This document shows, piece after piece, positions 63,594 to 64,000 of a DNA stretch of 64,000 nucleotides. The position numbers and the translations under genes were made by a program. The stretch spans positions 186,001 through 250,000 of IMG/VR virus record IMGVR_UViG_3300038424_000251; one strand, written 5' to 3'. The notes below the pieces were generated by a model. That model was not told the origin of the DNA. It made no database searches and saw only the letters and a program-made list of their open reading frames with translations. The stretch's first letter is position 1. The number at the start of each line of letters is the position of its first letter.

Positions 63594-63637
63594 AAGACGA
63601 AGGCTTGACATTTCTTAAAACAATGGTAAAATTTTCT

Positions 63638-63720
63638 TACAATAAAGTTTGAGGCCGACTGAAAAGCGCCAAGAGTAAGGGACCAGAGAGTGCGTTGATT
63701 ACTTTATCGTTAAAAAGTGA
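63638..63720 (+). ncRNA. ORF-less promoter cassette carrying the 42-nt motif (copy 4)
   Basis: Promoter gcttgacatttcttaaaacaatggtaaaat (63603-63632); motif 63671-63712. Confidence 0.55.
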
Positions 63721-63762
63721 CGCTTGACATTTTCTAAAACTAATATAAATTGTTACTACAAT

Positions 63763-63951
63763 ATGAAAAAACACAAATATTTTGTTCTCGTTGAGGAATC
63801 TGAGTCAATTCCTTCTCCCAAAATTTACGAAATTACAAGCAACGTTCCTCTTATAGAAGAACAAATTGAAAACGTCTTAGTTGATAACAACATTTCTTTT
63901 GTTGACAGCACTTTTCAAATTGTTGACGCCCCAATAAAAATTGAGGCTTGA
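63763..63951 (+). CDS. hypothetical protein
   Basis: ATG at 63763 after promoter 63724; stop overlaps next -35 box. Confidence 0.6.
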   Translation: MKKHKYFVLVEESESIPSPKIYEITSNVPLIEEQIENVLVDNNISFVDSTFQIVDAPIKIEA

Positions 63952-64000
63952 CATTTCTTAAAAGTAATATAAACTACCGGCACGATATGACAAAAACATA

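Larger units (their letters stand above)
5589..63990. promoter_or_regulatory. dispersed family of roughly 60 near-consensus sigma70-type promoters, GCTTGAC(A/T)-N16/17-TAnnnT, on both strands
   Basis: -35 boxes on + include 5591, 7233, 14133, 15120, 15707, 17644, 18323, 20738, 21257, 23208, 26407, 28210, 30206, 42698, 44128, 47599, 49986, 50681, 59555, 61363, 61618, 62807, 63246, 63605, 63724, 63948; on - include 41248-53, 44410-15, 54072-77, 54482-87, 60668-73, 60809-14; total counted by eye. Confidence 0.85.

Noticed and set aside
276-63618. Many short opposite-strand or alternate-frame ORFs nested in larger genes (e.g. 276..482, 506..742, 12667..12882, 45564..45857, 53600..53919)
   Set aside because: Shadow ORFs of well-supported genes, with no motifs, promoters or start context
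44320-63712. 42-nt motif as a conserved peptide (ESRGPEP/KSKGPES/KGRGPEP)
   Set aside because: No shared start codon, the 54k copy has an in-frame TAA and a shifted upstream frame; kept only as an alternative for ribosome profiling to exclude
44320-63712. TIGR-like guide array because of the 9-nt variable segment
   Set aside because: Copies are not tandem, two share the same 9-mer, and no Nop-domain protein is present in the window
41005-63951. ORF-track starts such as MTFYKH/MTFVKT/MTFSKT (41005, 61618, 62334, 63724) and long TTG extensions (53170, 54365)
   Set aside because: These begin at or within the promoter itself (most at the TTG of the -35 TTGAC box); real starts lie downstream of the -10 box, or the ORF is spurious
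1-64000. CRISPR array or cas genes
   Set aside because: No regularly spaced 25-40-nt direct repeats with unique spacers were seen; the 42-nt motif copies are kb apart, and no Cas-like ORF is present
1-64000. Stop-codon reassignment as in some jumbo phages
   Set aside because: Long conserved genes (rIIA, AAA+/M41, helicase) are intact in the standard code, coding density is high, and TAA, TAG and TGA all terminate genes

Overview
AT-rich accessory region of a large (jumbo-type) tailed dsDNA phage genome. No virion structural, terminase, integrase, transposase or CRISPR features were seen. It holds well over 100 mostly small ORFs, many in one- or two-gene cassettes headed by a near-consensus sigma70 promoter (GCTTGAC[A/T]-N16/17-TAnnnT), often leaderless. 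Recognisable genes: rIIA/rIIB, three RNA-ligase-type nucleotidyltransferases, a SPOUT RNA methyltransferase, a P-loop kinase, a CX5R phosphatase, a MazG-like protein, a soluble ClpB-type AAA+/FtsH(M41) protease fusion, radical SAM, GIY-YIG and three HNH endonucleases, an SF2 helicase, DUF932, GP88, a PRTase, a prepilin-leader protein, and secreted HAF/FN3 proteins whose style suggests a Verrucomicrobiota host (inference). There are four tRNA genes (Arg-TCT, Met-CAT, Gly-TCC, atypical Glu-TTC). The most notable signals are non-coding. (1) Four dispersed ORF-less promoter cassettes carry an ungapped 42-nt motif, and three share a 29-30/30-bp identical promoter. (2) About 900 nt of structured non-coding sequence precedes the tRNAs, including a ~410-nt RNA with a predicted double pseudoknot. 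(3) A 107-nt five-way junction lies at 56803-56909. (4) A GC-rich AGT-loop hairpin family is dispersed across the window and linked to a GTAC-rich origin-like locus at 40450-41000. (5) In 16 genes the stop codon is supplied by the next promoter's -35 box (GCT-TGA-C). All structures were paired by eye, with no folding program or database search.
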